This document shows, piece after piece, positions 13,665 through 27,330 of a stretch of DNA of 64,000 bases. Source of the stretch: Eledone cirrhosa (taxonomy: Eukaryota); assembly GCA_964016885.1 (NCBI GenBank), contig OZ024745.1, positions 98,828,001 through 98,892,000 on the forward strand, written 5' to 3'. The translations under genes and the position numbers were made by a program. The notes beneath the pieces were generated by a model that worked only from the letters and a program-made list of their open reading frames with translations, did no database searches and was not told where the DNA came from. Position 1 is the stretch's first letter. Each line of letters begins with the position of its first letter.

Positions 13665-14266
13665 CTGTTGTAATAGAAAGAATAAAAATGTAATAAATGT
13701 CTGTTTACTTTTTACATACATATAATAAATGTAATTATAGGCACATATTTCAAATTGATAAATTCACTATAACTGATTACTCTGAGCTTTTCATTAGGTG
13801 CAGTATTCATGTAAATACTTCTTGGCCTTTATGGATGGTGGGCATGTTTTAACAAAGTTGTTTACTTTAAAAACAAATCAAAAAGAAAAACACACACAAC
13901 ACATGACAAACAAATCTAATAATTGTTTCTACTTTTGGCACAAGGCCAGCAATTATCCCAGTGTATTACTGGTACTTTATTTTATTGACCCTGTAAGGAT
14001 GAAAGGTAAAGTTAACCTCGGCGAGATTTGAACTAAGATCATAAAGGACCGTAATTATTTTAGAGAAAAAATTATTCATATATATATATATATATATATA
14101 TAAAATCTATAATAATTTTTAAAATTAAAATTCATTAAAAGTCTTGTGGAATGCTGGGGTCCCTTGGAACCCATTTAAGGAAAAACTGATATAGAACAAT
14201 ATATTAGACAATGACTATTCTTAATAGTTGAGAAAAATAACTTTTCCGTTTAAAGTGAAATATTAC

Positions 14267-14369
14267 CTTCTGTGTAGTTACATGCGACAGTAAGTGTTCG
14301 ACAATGACATAACATTGTACTCTGTGCTACAGTCACACCAACGGTACTCCCATCTTTACTTGTAGTATA
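14267..14369 (-). CDS. DIP2: DIP2 exon YTTSKDGSTVGVTVAQSTMLCHCRTLTVACNYTE(G)
   Basis: Canonical splice sites; degenerate adenylation P-loop region. Confidence 0.92.
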
Positions 14370-14655
14370 CTGAAATAAACAAAATGGTTATAATTATAAA
14401 AACAAGTGTTTAAGGTTTCCACAACAAGCTTCGTCATTTTTATTCTATTGTCTGCATTCCCCCTTTACCAAATCTTTGGCTTTCATTTCTTTTGAGGAAG
14501 GGGGAAAGTTGACTAAATCGATCCAGTACTTGACTGGTATTTTATTTTATCAACTCTGGAAGGATGTAAGGCAAAGATGAACAACAATACTAATAATAAA
14601 AGAAAAATATTTACTTCACTTTTTTATCATCCTCTATTGATATATTTAAATAAAG

Positions 14656-15795
14656 CTAAACTCTTTCCAATCTACGCAAGTCTTCTGCACACAGCGCCCA
14701 GGTCTCATTACAATGCAACATTGTTCGTATGCATGCATCATACAGTCTGCCTTTCATTTTGAGGGAAAAGCCTTTTGTAGCTAGCAGTGGTAGTAGCTCC
14801 CTGAACTTCTTCCATCCCGTTCTTACTCTGGCTACTGTACTTTTAGAACACCCACTTTCACTACTAATTTGGTTACCCAGGTAGCAGAAGTTGTCTACTG
14901 CTTCTACATAGCTTTCCCAGAATTTGATAGCATTTGTTTCCCGTGTTTGTTTGCTGCTTACTGCTCCGGTGCAATGGCTACATGTAAAACCTACATTCTT
15001 AGCTAGATTACCTGAGATCCCACTGCATCTCATGTATCCATAGCTTGCATTATGGACAGAAGATGGAATTTCTACCTACACCTTTCCTACATACCGAGCA
15101 GGGCCATTTCCCTGAGGGGATCAGGGTTTTGTTTTCCCTTCTACTTAGTAGGACCTTAGCCTATGTCAGGTTGATTTTAAGACCCTTTGTTTCTAGGCTG
15201 TGCATCCAGGTTTGGAATTCTCCAATTCTGCCATAGACTCAGCTATGAGTGTAAGATCATCCACGTACAGGAGTTCCCATGGGCAGTTGGTCTTAAACTC
15301 CTCTGTTATAGCCTGCAATACGATAATAAACAGGAGAGGGCTAAGAACAGAGCCTTGGTGGATGCCAACCTGCAAGTTAAATGCCTTGCTATAGTCGTTA
15401 ATCCTTTGCTGACTGTTCCCCTATACATGGCTTGTACAACCTTCACAAGCCACTCATCTCCTAGTTTTCTAGGAGCCCACCAGATTATGGCATGGGGGGG
15501 ACTCTGTCAAAAGCTTTCTCCAGATCAACAAATGCCAGATAGAGTGGCTTACTATTAGCTAGGTACATCTACTGTAGCTGCTTCACCAGGAAGAGAGCAT
15601 TTGTGGTGCTTTTGCCTGGCACAAATCCGAACTGCATCTCATCTAGATTAACCCAGTCCCCCATCATCTGTGCTATGACTCTTTCTGTTATTTTCATAAC
15701 TTGGTCCATCAGCTTAATGCTTCTACAGTTTCCTCTGTCAAGTGCATCTCCTTTACACTTGTAGCAGTTGACAATGATGCTGCGCCAATCATTCT
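14656..15795 (-). mobile_element. Degenerate RTE LINE RT fragment
   Basis: ORFs 14656..15033 and 15193..15375(-) with HQGS, YVDD and RVRTGWKKFREL. Confidence 0.9.
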
Positions 15796-15816
15796 GTACA
15801 TTCTGTATGACATCAT

Positions 15817-16250
15817 TTAACAGTAGTTCAGTACTAATAATGTTAACAGCAGTTAAATACTAATAATTTTAACAGTAGTTAAATACTAATAATTTTAACA
15901 GTAGTTAAATACTAATAACTTTCACAGTAGTTAAATACTAATAACTTTCACAGTAGTTAAATACTAATAACTTTCACAGTAGTTCAGTACTAATAACTTT
16001 AACAGTAGTTAAATACTAATAATTTTAACAGTAGTTAAGTAGTTAAGTACTAATGATTTTAACAGTAGTTAAGTACTAATAACTTTAACAATAGTTAAAT
16101 ACTAATAACTTTAACAATAGTTAAATACTAATAACTTTAACAATAGTTAAATACTAATAACTTTAACAATAGTTAAATACTAATAACTTTAACAATAGTT
16201 AAATACTAATAACAGTAGTTCAGTACTAATAATTTTAACAGTAGTTAAGT
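15817..16250. repeat. 26-bp minisatellite, about 16 copies
   Basis: Unit aacagtagttaaatactaataacttt. Confidence 0.9.
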
Positions 16251-16352
16251 ATTAATAATTTGTACACTTTGAAAATATGAAATCTTAGATTTGTGAACTA
16301 AAGTTCTGTTTTTTTTTCTGATTTGAAATTTTTTCTGATATGAAATACTCAC

Positions 16353-16456
16353 TTCTACATAGGCAGCAATATTTTCTGCAACTCTTTGAGGAGGTTGCCA
16401 ATCCTTTGGTGGTTTACCCATGTTTTCTGTAACAAACCAATTGAGTTTGGGCCACC
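16353..16456 (-). CDS. DIP2: DIP2 exon (G)WPKLNWFVTENMGKPPKDWQPPQRVAENIAAYVE
   Basis: Inside ORF 16245..16511(-); GWPKL-WFVT and KPPKDW motifs. Confidence 0.94.
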
Positions 16457-16543
16457 CTGTAACAGAATAGTATATAACAGGAAATTTAGATGACTGCAAG
16501 TCAGGCAACAATAATTCATAACTACATTACATAGGATACATTA

Positions 16544-16838
16544 TCATCATCATCATCAACGTTTAACGTCCGTGTTCCACGCTTGCATGGGTTTGGACGG
16601 GGGTAGTCCCACTTGAGGCAAGAGTGATTGTCTTGCTCGCATAGGACTGTCTGGCAGGTTTTCTACAGTTGGATGCCCTTCCTAACACCAACCACATTTA
16701 CAGTGTGGGTCTGGGAGGTTTTTACCGTGTTGCCTACACGGCCACATTACAGCGTGGACTGTGTGTTTTTTTGTCGTGACACCTACACGATCTCATTTGT
16801 TTCGGCCTCGATGGCGCGGCACCAACATAACTTTACAT
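16544..16838 (-). mobile_element. RTE 3'UTR fragment with (CAT)n tail
   Basis: Near-identical to 20697-20990; related fragments at ~4260-4605, 8608-8820 and 40600-41285. Confidence 0.85.
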
Positions 16839-17073
16839 TATGTATAGTACATTACATACAGTACAATATATATAGTACACAGAGCACATTAAATATAATA
16901 CATTATATATAGTACATTACACATGGTTTCATATATTCAATGTGAAATGTGGAACAGAGGGAGATGAGAGATGCAATTGACATCGTTTTCTAGGGAGAGG
17001 AAAGAAACAACAAAATTGTCTGATTCGATGGTGAAGAAAGAAATAATGTACTAAATCTCATTTGCTATCTTAC

Positions 17074-17197
17074 CTTTAAAAATAATCACTTCCCCATTAG
17101 GCGTTTTAGGTAATGCTTTATTACAAGCTTCTGATGTAAGGGCCCAGTTGACATTGAGGTTACCCAACAGGAATCCAATTCCTAACCCACCAGCATC
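17074..17197 (-). CDS. DIP2: DIP2 exon DAGGLGIGFLLGNLNVNWALTSEACNKALPKTPNGEVIIFK(G)
   Basis: Inside ORF 17051..17239(-); IGFLLG and LPKT motifs. Confidence 0.94.
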
Positions 17198-17534
17198 CTG
17201 GAATAAAATAACAGAGTAGTAAGTAGAAAATATAATCAATGGAGATCTGTAAAAAAAAAATAATATACCTGTGAAATAAACAAAAAAAACTCTGATGAAT
17301 TTGATATTAATTTAAGACTTAAATGCTAAAAAATGATCATTTAATTATCAATATTATATTGTATAAACTCAACACATTGTATATACTCAATCCCATTGTA
17401 AACAGGTCAAACAATTTTGGACAATATTATAGACACAGCAGGTTTTTATAAGATAGCTATTCTTTTTAACTAGCATTGTTGAGATCTTCTTCGCTCACTT
17501 ATTCCTGAGAGGTTTGTGGGGGCAGAGTCCTCAA

Positions 17535-17915
17535 AAACTCCTAGCAGGTCCTGTCAGAAGCAACCATTTCCAACTGGTCCGACTGGATCCCCAAGCGAGA
17601 CCAACCAAGCTCATGGATGTTATCCAACCATCTTGCTCGGGGTCTACTCCTGGATCTCCTGCCAGTTGGTTTCGCCTTTAAAATCTGTCCAGCAAATTTT
17701 TCCTGAGACATTCTAACCACGTGCTCATAGTAACAGAGCTGTGATCCCTCAATTTGGGTAATGCCCGAATGAATACAATCGCAAATACAAGCAGCTGAAA
17801 TGAGGTTCCTCTGAAGGGTCTTTGGAATAACATTACTTGATAGAGTGCGTAGCTTGGAGATCAGAGAGTCACTCCAGGCAGAGCCACTATTTCTCCGAAT
17901 TGATTGATACAGCAT
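17535..17915 (-). mobile_element. Decayed LINE 3' fragment (RTE-like)
   Basis: GRRSRSRPRARWLDNI in ORF 17541..17915(-). Confidence 0.75.
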
Positions 17916-18132
17916 TGCTGAAATGTTTTAAATGAAATGGAAATGAAACAATATAGGAAATAACCTGTGTCAATAGCTAGTACTCTAACATTTTCCTTAA
18001 ACATATAATTAAAATTCAGAGACTATTTTGTAAACATTTTCACGGGATATAGTTATGTCATTCATCTTGGAATTGTTTTAGTGCGAACTTCAGTTCAAAT
18101 CTACTGTCAGTGTACATACTCAACTGATCAGT

Positions 18133-18420
18133 AGAGCTGACTTATGTCACAGGATGAGTGTAGCTCAGCAGAGCTGACTTATGATAAGAATGAGTGTAGC
18201 TCAACAGAGCTGACTTATGACAAAGGATGAGTGCAGCTCACCAGAGCTGCCTTTTGAGAAAGGATGAGTGTAGTTCAGCAGAGCTGACTTATGTCACAGG
18301 ATGAGTGTAGCTCAGCAGAGCTGACTTATGACAAGGAATGAATGTAGTTCAGCAGAGCTAACTTTTGACAAAAGATGACTGTAGCTCAACAGTACTGTCT
18401 TTTGAAAAAGGATAAGTGCA
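18133..18420. repeat. 37-bp minisatellite, about 8 diverged copies
   Basis: Unit agagctgacttatgtcacaggatgagtgtagctcagc. Confidence 0.85.
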
Positions 18421-18918
18421 AGTGAAACGAGAAAGTGACTAAGCACAAATAATCAGTGATGTGTTAAAAAGAAATATGTATATTAGTTTGGATATTAAAT
18501 GTGAACAGATGATGCATGCTAAGTGACAAAGTGTTATGAATTGGGTGTAGAACTAGTAGTGATGCTATACTTGAAAATATAGGGGTCTGGCAGATTAAGA
18601 TGCTTGAGAGGTGCATCGTAACCAAGACAACATGAATAATAGAACAAAACCTATGAAGATGGCAATGCTTCACTGCTGATATTTCTGGATGGCACAGAAC
18701 TTAGATAGAAAGAAAAAGCTGAATATTTATCAGTATATATGGTGTGGAAAATGCATTTTATATATATATATAAAAGAAAAAAAAGTTTCAAACTTTAAGA
18801 TGATTTTCCTAAATAACACAGATTTATTACCTAAAAACAACAATAAATGGCATTTATTATTTTAGTTAGGATCAGAAAATCTATTTTATAAATCAATGAC
18901 AAAAAATTATAAATACAT

Positions 18919-19141
18919 ATGACAGGGTGCTGAAAAGTTGCTAGCTTTGGGTAAAAGAAAACACAGGAGGATCAGTTAATTATGATTTTATTCAACATAT
19001 TACCCTCTCAGATTGACAAACTTATTGCAGTGGTCCTTCAGTTTTTCTATTCTCTGTAAAAAGAACTCGGAAGATTGGGCCTCCAACCAGGCCTCTTAAA
19101 TACATTTTAGGAAGCAAGGGACTTTTTAGCACCCCCTCATA
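18919..19141. mobile_element. Mariner-type MITE
   Basis: Imperfect TIRs GGGTGCTGAAAAGTTGCTAGCTT / AAGCAAGGGACTTTTTAGCACCC with TA-rich flanks. Confidence 0.7.
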
Positions 19142-20696
19142 TATATATATATATATATATAGCATAAACACATACATAAAACAAGAAACTAAAATGGGTT
19201 TTTATATATATTACTGGGGAATGAATAAACCAATTTTAAATCATTGTTAGGATTAAAGTTCTATTTTGGATTAACTCCTGCCTGATGAACCTTTATGCTC
19301 GAAACAAAACTTTCACACACATGCACCAACTAAATCTTTCCCAATTCAGTCTCAAAACATTTTAAAAAGGGTCACAATATCTGAAATCAGGAAGGGTTAG
19401 TCACAGCTAGAATACCCTGAACCATAATAAGTCTGGTGGATCAGGGTTGACCTGGGAGAAAACAACAACAGTAACAATTAAGCTATTGGTAACAAGTAGC
19501 AAGAGACAATTGTGTGTATGTATGAATACCAGTCCATACTTTTTCAGATCTATTATGTAGTACTATAAACATTTAATACTATTTTTCAATATTCTGTTTA
19601 ACACAATCTAATAGATATCTTTATTTAAATACTGGAGAAACTCTCACCAAACTATTTCTATATTTATTTGCAATATTCTATGGTTGAAAAGCAAATGGTG
19701 TCTTCCAATGAGAAGTCAAACACAGTTCATGAAAATATCATTTTAATAACATACTGATGTAATATGAATGTAGCAAATGGGGAAGTGTGATAAATTTAAT
19801 AGATATTTAACAAGAGATCATATTTGTTAGATTTAGTAATCTATTTTATCATATATTTACACTCTCCTTTTTACTGCAAATAAAGCAGATAGCAACTAAA
19901 TGAACTGTATGAAAGAATGCACATTAGCCACTTTTTGATGCTTGTATGTTTTACATAAAGAGACAACAAAACTTGTCTATAAACAGTACAAATAATCTAT
20001 ATAGAGTTTACTATAAGGCAGATACTAGACGTAATTCACTGAGTTGACATTTCACAAAAACTATGACCAGTTTGGTTGTATTTCATAAAATAAAGAGCAA
20101 AACAATGATAATATTTTTAACAAAAAGGTCACTGAAGAGTTTGTCTTAGCACATTTTACCAACATACAAACAAATTATCTTTATCAGGATGTGAAAAACA
20201 AAATGAAAACCAACTATGTTGTTTAGCTAAATGCTTCATTTTCTTGAATAACAAAGTTCAGTTCATCATAGGCAATACTTAACCTGTTATGGGCCAAGTT
20301 GCTGTTAAAGGAAGTAGGACATCAGAGTATTAGGGTCTAATCATATGATTTCAATAGTCTTGAAATATTCTGAACACATCAAATTTCGGTTACAACATCG
20401 TGCACAAGCATGTAGGCAATTGATGTGTATAAATTAGAGAAATACCAGTATTTCATGATGACAATAAACACTGTTCAAGATGATGAAACAAAGTTTAGTA
20501 AAGAGTCATGAAATAGAATCATGAATATTCTCCTAAAAAATATTAAATAAATAAGTGAAAAAAATAATTTCAAATAAGTGAAAAGTGAATTTATATATAT
20601 ATATATTTATATATAAGTATAAGAGATATTTAATTTGTTGGAAATCCAACAAATATAGATATTTACAACTGATCCAAATATTGTATATTTATATAT

Positions 20697-21748
20697 CATC
20701 ATCATCATCGTTTAACGTCCGTGTTCCATGCTTGCATGGGTTTGGACGGAGGGTTTTCCCACTTGAGGCAAGAGTGGTTATCTTGCTCGCATAGGACTAT
20801 CTGGCGGGTTTTCTACAGCTGGATGCCCTTCCTAACACCAACCACATTTACAGTGTGGGGCTGGGAGGTTTTTACCGTGTTGCCTACACGGCCACATTAC
20901 AGCGTGAACTGTGTGTTTTTTTGACGTGACACCTACACGATCTCATTTGTTTCGGCCTGGATGGTGTGGCACCAACATAACTTTACATAGGAGGGGGTGG
21001 TGTGGATGGAGTGGGGGTGGTGGGACGGGGGTTTATTTTGTTAGAGATGCCTACTGGCTGTAATAGGTTTTACTATGTATTTAGGTAAGGCGGGTCTTCT
21101 CTATTACTGAGTACCGCCAAAGGTCTCAGTCCAGTGACATTGTCTTGGAGAGGTGTAAGTGTGTGAGGTCGGAGTTTATCAGCTCGTCCCAGGTTTTTCT
21201 AGGTCTGCCTATTCCGTGGCTACCGTCTATCTTTATTGCCTTGCACTTTGTTATACAGCTATCGACTTTCATGCGCATCACGTGTCCATACCAACATAGC
21301 CTTCTCTCGAGTAAACAACATCTGATCCCTCTTATTTCTAATTTTTTCCTTAGTTCGTTTATGCTTTGCCGTTCACGTATATTACTGTTACACATCCAGC
21401 GGCGCATGCAAGCTTCGTTCCTCTCTAGTCTGCATATATCCTCTGCACACAATGCCCAGGTCTCACTGCCATGCAACATTGCTGTTCGTATGCAGGCATC
21501 ATACAACCTGCCTTTCATTTTTAGGGAGAACCCTTTAGCGGCTAATAGTGGTATAAGCTCTCTGAACTTTTTCCATCCAGTTCTGACTCTAGCTACTGTA
21601 CTTTCAGAGCACCCTCCCCCACTGCTGATTTTGTCACCCAGGTAACGGAAGCTGTCCACTATTTCTATAGAGCCCTCTGCACAGTTGTAAGAGCTAGTAT
21701 TTTGTGGGCACTTGCTGCTACTTATTGCACCAGAGCACCGGCCACATG
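20697..21748 (-). mobile_element. 5'-truncated RTE LINE with ~95-bp target-site duplication
   Basis: ORF 21126..21659(-); 3'UTR and (CAT)n tail; flanking duplication ~20602-20696 / ~21749-21845. Confidence 0.93.
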
Positions 21749-21925
21749 TATATTTATATATATGTATAAAAGATATTTAATTTGTTGGAAATCCAACAAA
21801 TATAGATATTTACAACTGATCCAAATATTGTATATTTATATATATATATATATATATATGGCAGTGCCCCAGCATGGCCTCAGTCTGTCAGCTGAAACAC
21901 AAATATATATGTATATATCATCATC

Positions 21926-21960
<35 letters not shown>

Positions 21961-22639
21961 TATATAGTGTAGTGTCAAAGGTCCCATTTGTCACATCAAG
22001 AACAGGGATCACATACTGCAATAGCCTGGGGGCTTAAGGGACCCCAGCTTTTTAATAAACTGCCAAAAATTTGTGAGAGAGAGAAACTATGAATACAGTC
22101 CCCAGCCTATTATTGTCATCTTTAATGAAATCAGCAGGAGTTAAATTTAAAATTAAGAGCCTTAATCTATCAGTGGTTTATTTGAAGTGTCTGAAAATAA
22201 CAGCGTATTAAACAATACCATTGGAATATATTACAAGTAATTAAAAAATATATATAATTTTGGTAATTACAGTTTGAATTCCTTTTTTACAGAGATTCTA
22301 TCAAATATTGTGGAATAACATATATCTCATTTGGGATATTAATTAGATTTTAATCATTGTATAGCATATGTAGTAGTTGTTTTGGGTTTCAAATACTTTT
22401 AAAGTTATGGAAAAAGTATAAAAAAATAAAAAAAAAGGACTGAACTGAAAACCGAAAGGTAAAAACAAAATAATAAAAAGATAGATAATTATTATTATTA
22501 TTGTCATTTCATTTATCTTGCTTTATGTTCAAACGAGTTATCACCAAGTCACAACCAGTGACCTCAAGAGACAAGGCTCGTCATGTTCAAGAAAAGTACA
22601 CACACACATGTATCTTTAGGTGTTTACACTTGTGATATA

Positions 22640-23320
22640 CTTATATTGACAGAATTTTCGTTAGTATATGGGCAGTTCCCATTAGTACTATCTTTTGCAT
22701 TTATTCTATATGTGGTTTTCCTGGGATTTGGGATAAGTAATTATTAGACCCCTACGTATCATTCCTACAGTGCCTACAACCACTGGTATTGTTTTAGTTC
22801 TCAACTTCCACATTTTCCAATCTCTATTTCCAGGTCTTTATATGTGCTCAATTTAAAAAATATTTTATAGATACATTCTTGTCTATAGGAATGGTCATAT
22901 CAATAAGCAGGCGTAACCTCTGTTTAAAGTCCTTCAGTATTATATCAGGTCTATTTTCATTCATTTTTCAGTCTGTTTGGATGCTAAAGTTCCACAAAAT
23001 CATTATTATTCTTTGAAACTTCCTTTGAATTCTGCTTCTTTCCCAAATCATGCCCAGTGTCAACCTGACACCTAAAGCAAAATTTGATAAGAGACATATT
23101 TTACAATCAATTACCATACACATGATGCCACAAAGGCACAGACATCAGTAAATGTCTTTGCAAGGTTTTTAACTTGATAATGCTCTTCTCAGGACATGGA
23201 CAATGGCAGTCAGCACTATTTTCTGTATCTCTTGCAGAGATGGTTTTCCAGGTCCAAATATTTTTCAGTTCCTTTTTTTATCATTCCAAGTGCACCAACT
23301 ATCACTGGTATTTATTATCA
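22640..23320 (-). mobile_element. R4/Dong-type endonuclease-domain fragments
   Basis: Minus-strand KLSTYKDLEIEI, TKTIPVVVGTVG and VLMGTAHIL; (TAA)n run nearby at ~22487. Confidence 0.7.
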
Positions 23321-24059
23321 TTATTACGTGCTAGTGGCGAGAACGGCACTAGACCAGTTCTTCAACGTGAAACACGTAGGTTGTATTGTCAGAAGTAGAG
23401 CACGTGCTCTAAGAAACGAGGGAGCCAAAGCTGTTAGCTGGGCCAGAGTGGCAGAGGCGAAAAGTAAAAACCTTACTAGGAAGGATAATGGATATTAAAT
23501 GATGATGATGATGACACCCCCTTCTCTACCATGACTTATGATCAGCTCTCACCTCTGCCCAGGTCTTCCTTGGATTCCCTCTACTGCAGCTACCTTCCAC
23601 TGGGATTTCTTGGCATTTATTCACATGAGCATACCAGCAGTCTTCTCTCTTACACACTACATCTGATTCCTCTTTTACCCAACTTTTCTCAGAATTAATT
23701 ATTAATACAATTGTTCCACTTATTAAAGCTAACCAGTTTTGGACAAAATTTACAACATTTTTCAAAGAGAATAGTTCATTTTAATAGAACATTATGTTGC
23801 TATACATAAAGATAAAAGTGAAATGAGGTGAACAGCCCAACCATACAGTACAGTATCTATGACAACAGAAATTCTAACATAATTCTAAAGCACCATATAT
23901 GAATAATGTAACAATTCATTAGTTTAAAGCACCTACAAAAATGTAAAAAAACTAGCGGGGGAGGGACACACACAATTAAGATAGCATTTGAAAATATCTG
24001 AAGAGAATTAGCCGCATTCCTTCAGAATAAAAACTGATGAAAATTCAGATAAAGGAATT

Positions 24060-24313
24060 CAACCCTTTTGATACCAAAATGCCTGAAACCATCCTTTGTT
24101 CTATGATACTAAGCTGTTTATTTTAAAATGTCTGTATTTATCTATAAAACCAACTATAATTTTATGTAATAACCTAGTTAGTTAACTTGTGTTCCAAACA
24201 CCAGCGAAAGTTAATTACAGTATTAAATAACCATAAATTCTTGATTATTTTCAAAATGATTTGAAAACCAGATGCAGTGTCTTTCATTAAAAATATACTA
24301 ATGAAAGGGTTAA
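24060..24313. mobile_element. piggyBac-like MITE, second family
   Basis: AACCCTTT ... AAAGGGTTAA ends; related copies at ~6497-6748 and ~34287-34517. Confidence 0.55.
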
Positions 24314-25223
24314 AGAAAAATTATTTCTACATGTTAGGGTGTATTATATATGATGTCATCTGTGCAGAGAAAGCACAGGTTGAGCGGAGGACTCTTCAGT
24401 TGTGAAGACATGACAATAAGTGCCATAATAAAATTCATTTAGTGTACTCTATAGAGTGTGGGAGCATATGTAATTGAGAAATGGCCCCCACCAGCCGCTT
24501 TGAGAGATCAGTAGCTCTGATTAAGTATTAACTTGGTCTATAATGACTTGTCCAACCCTTGCTAGCAGAGAAAACAGAAGTTAAATGATGATGATAAATA
24601 GGAAGTTAAATATAGATGATCGGTATTCTGTTTACCCATGTCTATGTGGTATGCAGAAATACAAAAGAAGCTGTTTATTATAATCATCGATAATGTTTTC
24701 AAACTTAGGAAAATTAGTAGTTTCTAAATTCTTGAAAAATGATTCATTTATTAAAATTAAAGCTCCATATAATGATATCAATATTTTCAAGTAAACTACA
24801 ACACAATCACTCTAATTACTATAGAGATTAAAACAAACGCCTGTTAGCTACACAGGTGTGGTGTGTGTGTGTGGTAGTAGTGGTGGCAGTTTTTGAATTG
24901 TATATTGTTTCTACTTTAGGCACAAGGCCAGCAATTACTGTCAATGCATTGCTGGTGCTTTATTTTATTGATTTACAGCTTTCAGTATATTTGTATATGT
25001 CTCTATATGCATTCTATATGTCAAATAAATTGTATATGTCACTTAAATACAGACGAATAACACTTCTTATCTGGTATTTTGAGCAATACAATTTTACATA
25101 GATACACCAACAAATACATATATGCATGCATACACACAATCACATATATGCACATAATATACATATATCAATAAAACTGGCTTCTATGCTGTTCTGTCAA
25201 TCAAATTTCACTCAGGGTATTGG

Positions 25224-25292
<69 letters not shown>

Positions 25293-25454
25293 CATACACG
25301 CACCTCATAAACACATCTACACATGTTTATTCACACTTATATATATATATATGAGGACGATCGACTTTCGTCAAATCGGACCGAGGGAACAATGTTTCCG
25401 TTGGTCTTTCCAATTGCTAATACTATCTATCGGTCGCAACTCCAGGTAGAAGGA

Positions 25455-25568
25455 GCAACGTGAAATAAAGTGTCTTGCTCAAGGACACAACGCATCACCT
25501 GGTCCAGGAATCGAACTCACAACCTTACGATTCTGAATCCAATTCCCTAACCACTCAGCCACACGCCT
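25455..25568 (-). mobile_element. tRNA-derived SINE family 2 with CORE-like segment
   Basis: Minus-strand TGGCTGAGTGG, GAGTTCGATTCC and GTGTCCTTGAGCAAGACACTT; related copies at ~5150(+), 8860, 13220-13560, 25680-25895, 34600(+) and 59480. Confidence 0.8.
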
Positions 25569-25621
25569 TCACCATATATATATATATGTGTGTGAATAAA
25601 CATATGTTTATGAGGTGTGTG

Positions 25622-25670
<49 letters not shown>

Positions 25671-26869
25671 CACAAGATGACGAACCTCCATTGGTTTCAA
25701 CAATGAGTATTCCAGTCATTTGATTAAAGTAATTCTCAGGAAGATTCAGTCGATCCGATGGACTTCCAAACAGTGTGTCAACCCAATTCCACTCTCAAGA
25801 CATGGGTCAATCTGGATCTATGGCAAATGATACTTGCTATGCAATGAGATTAAATCCAGGAACAAATGACGGCAAAGCAAGCCTATTAACCACATCACCA
25901 GGTTGCGTCAACACACACATACACAGTCAGTCATTAAGATAATAAGCAATGAACATGAGATAACAAAATGAAACAAAGCATTGCGAAAAGAAATTTTAAA
26001 AGATGTCATGTATAAAAGAATACTGAAATGTAGAAACATTAAAATATAATAATAGTTCAACTAATAGATTTCTCAGTAGGGTTATAGAGCTGGAGAATAA
26101 AACAGTTGTTTTAACATGAGAACATTACAAGTTGTATTATTGAATAAGTAGCTGAAGCAGTACTAACTGAGAACAAACTATATCTTGACTACAGAGAAAG
26201 GTATTTAGTAAAGTACTAGTGATATAAACAGGAAGAATTAGGATAAAGAACTGTAGAAAGGGTATGAATGGCAGCTATGTACATCTGACATGCAAATACA
26301 TCTAACATTTTGACAGACATCTGTAATAAACTATATGAATATGTATGCACTCATGCTACACTATTAACATTACACTCCAACCTAAAACAACAAACATCAC
26401 ATGTTCCCAAACTAAATACTACTATTGGCAGTTTTACTTAGATGAAAAGAAGGTGTAATAACAAAATACTTTACAGGTAACTATAAACACACCTCCTCTG
26501 CTCATACACATATATACATACAGTGATTACAATGACTGATTATGCTTTTCCAATGTCTGGGAAGTGTGTATCTAAAACTTTATTCTGCCAATGGCACAGC
26601 AACTTAATAATAATAATAATAATAATCAAATTTTAGTGATATGGTTAAAAAATGAATTATTTTATAACTATTCTGAATAGATTTTTCAATAATACTAAAA
26701 CTGATTGTTTTCTTTTTTGTTAGAATTAAGGTAGTATTTAATCAATTGAGAAGTGCATTATTTGCTAGGTTGTATTTCCATTGACACTTATGAGATTAGA
26801 AACCAACAAGACAATTAAATAATCTTTTGTATTATTTGTAAAATAATAGCAATAATGAAATCATTATGG

Positions 26870-27330
26870 TTTGGCTTTGTGAATGAAGATTCAGGAAGAG
26901 GGTTGTCCACGTCTACTGCAGGTAGTTGATGAGGTCAATATAGTATATGCAGGACTGTCCACAATGGTTGGAAGGCAATTTTTGTTCTGGGTCTGGTACT
27001 GGTGCGTTATTGTCACCTTTTGTTCCTAAAGCTGATCCTGTACATTTTCAAAGAAGGAGAGGCTATAGTAGATCACAGGCAATGGTTAATGTAACAGGTG
27101 CCAAGGGATTTCTTCAGAGAGTTCTGGCACCTCTTCTTCAATGCCCCTCTATCATGGTGTCCACTGGAGAGTTTGCCCCACAGCATACTTTTTCTTCTTT
27201 TCTTCTATCTTTACCATTTGATTGTTCTCACAGAAGGAAGGTGGCTGAAGCCAGATTGCTTATGTTTATCAATGGTAAAGTTTGATACAGGTTTGCCACT
27301 ATATGGTTGGTATGTCTTTTGGTGTATGTG
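26870..27330 (-). mobile_element. Decayed RTE/BovB-type C-terminal fragment
   Basis: Minus-strand RGALKKRCQNSLKKSLGTCYINH, followed by a degenerate C2H2-like segment (NHCGQSC). Confidence 0.6.

Noticed and set aside
19281-19305. CTGATGA...CGAAAC hammerhead-like motif
   Set aside because: No stem II pairing and no stem I or III partner
25480-25568. tRNA gene
   Set aside because: The A and B boxes belong to a multi-copy SINE head that continues into a CORE-like body
26947-27285. 112-aa + strand ORF as a nested gene
   Set aside because: Antisense reading of a decayed RTE fragment
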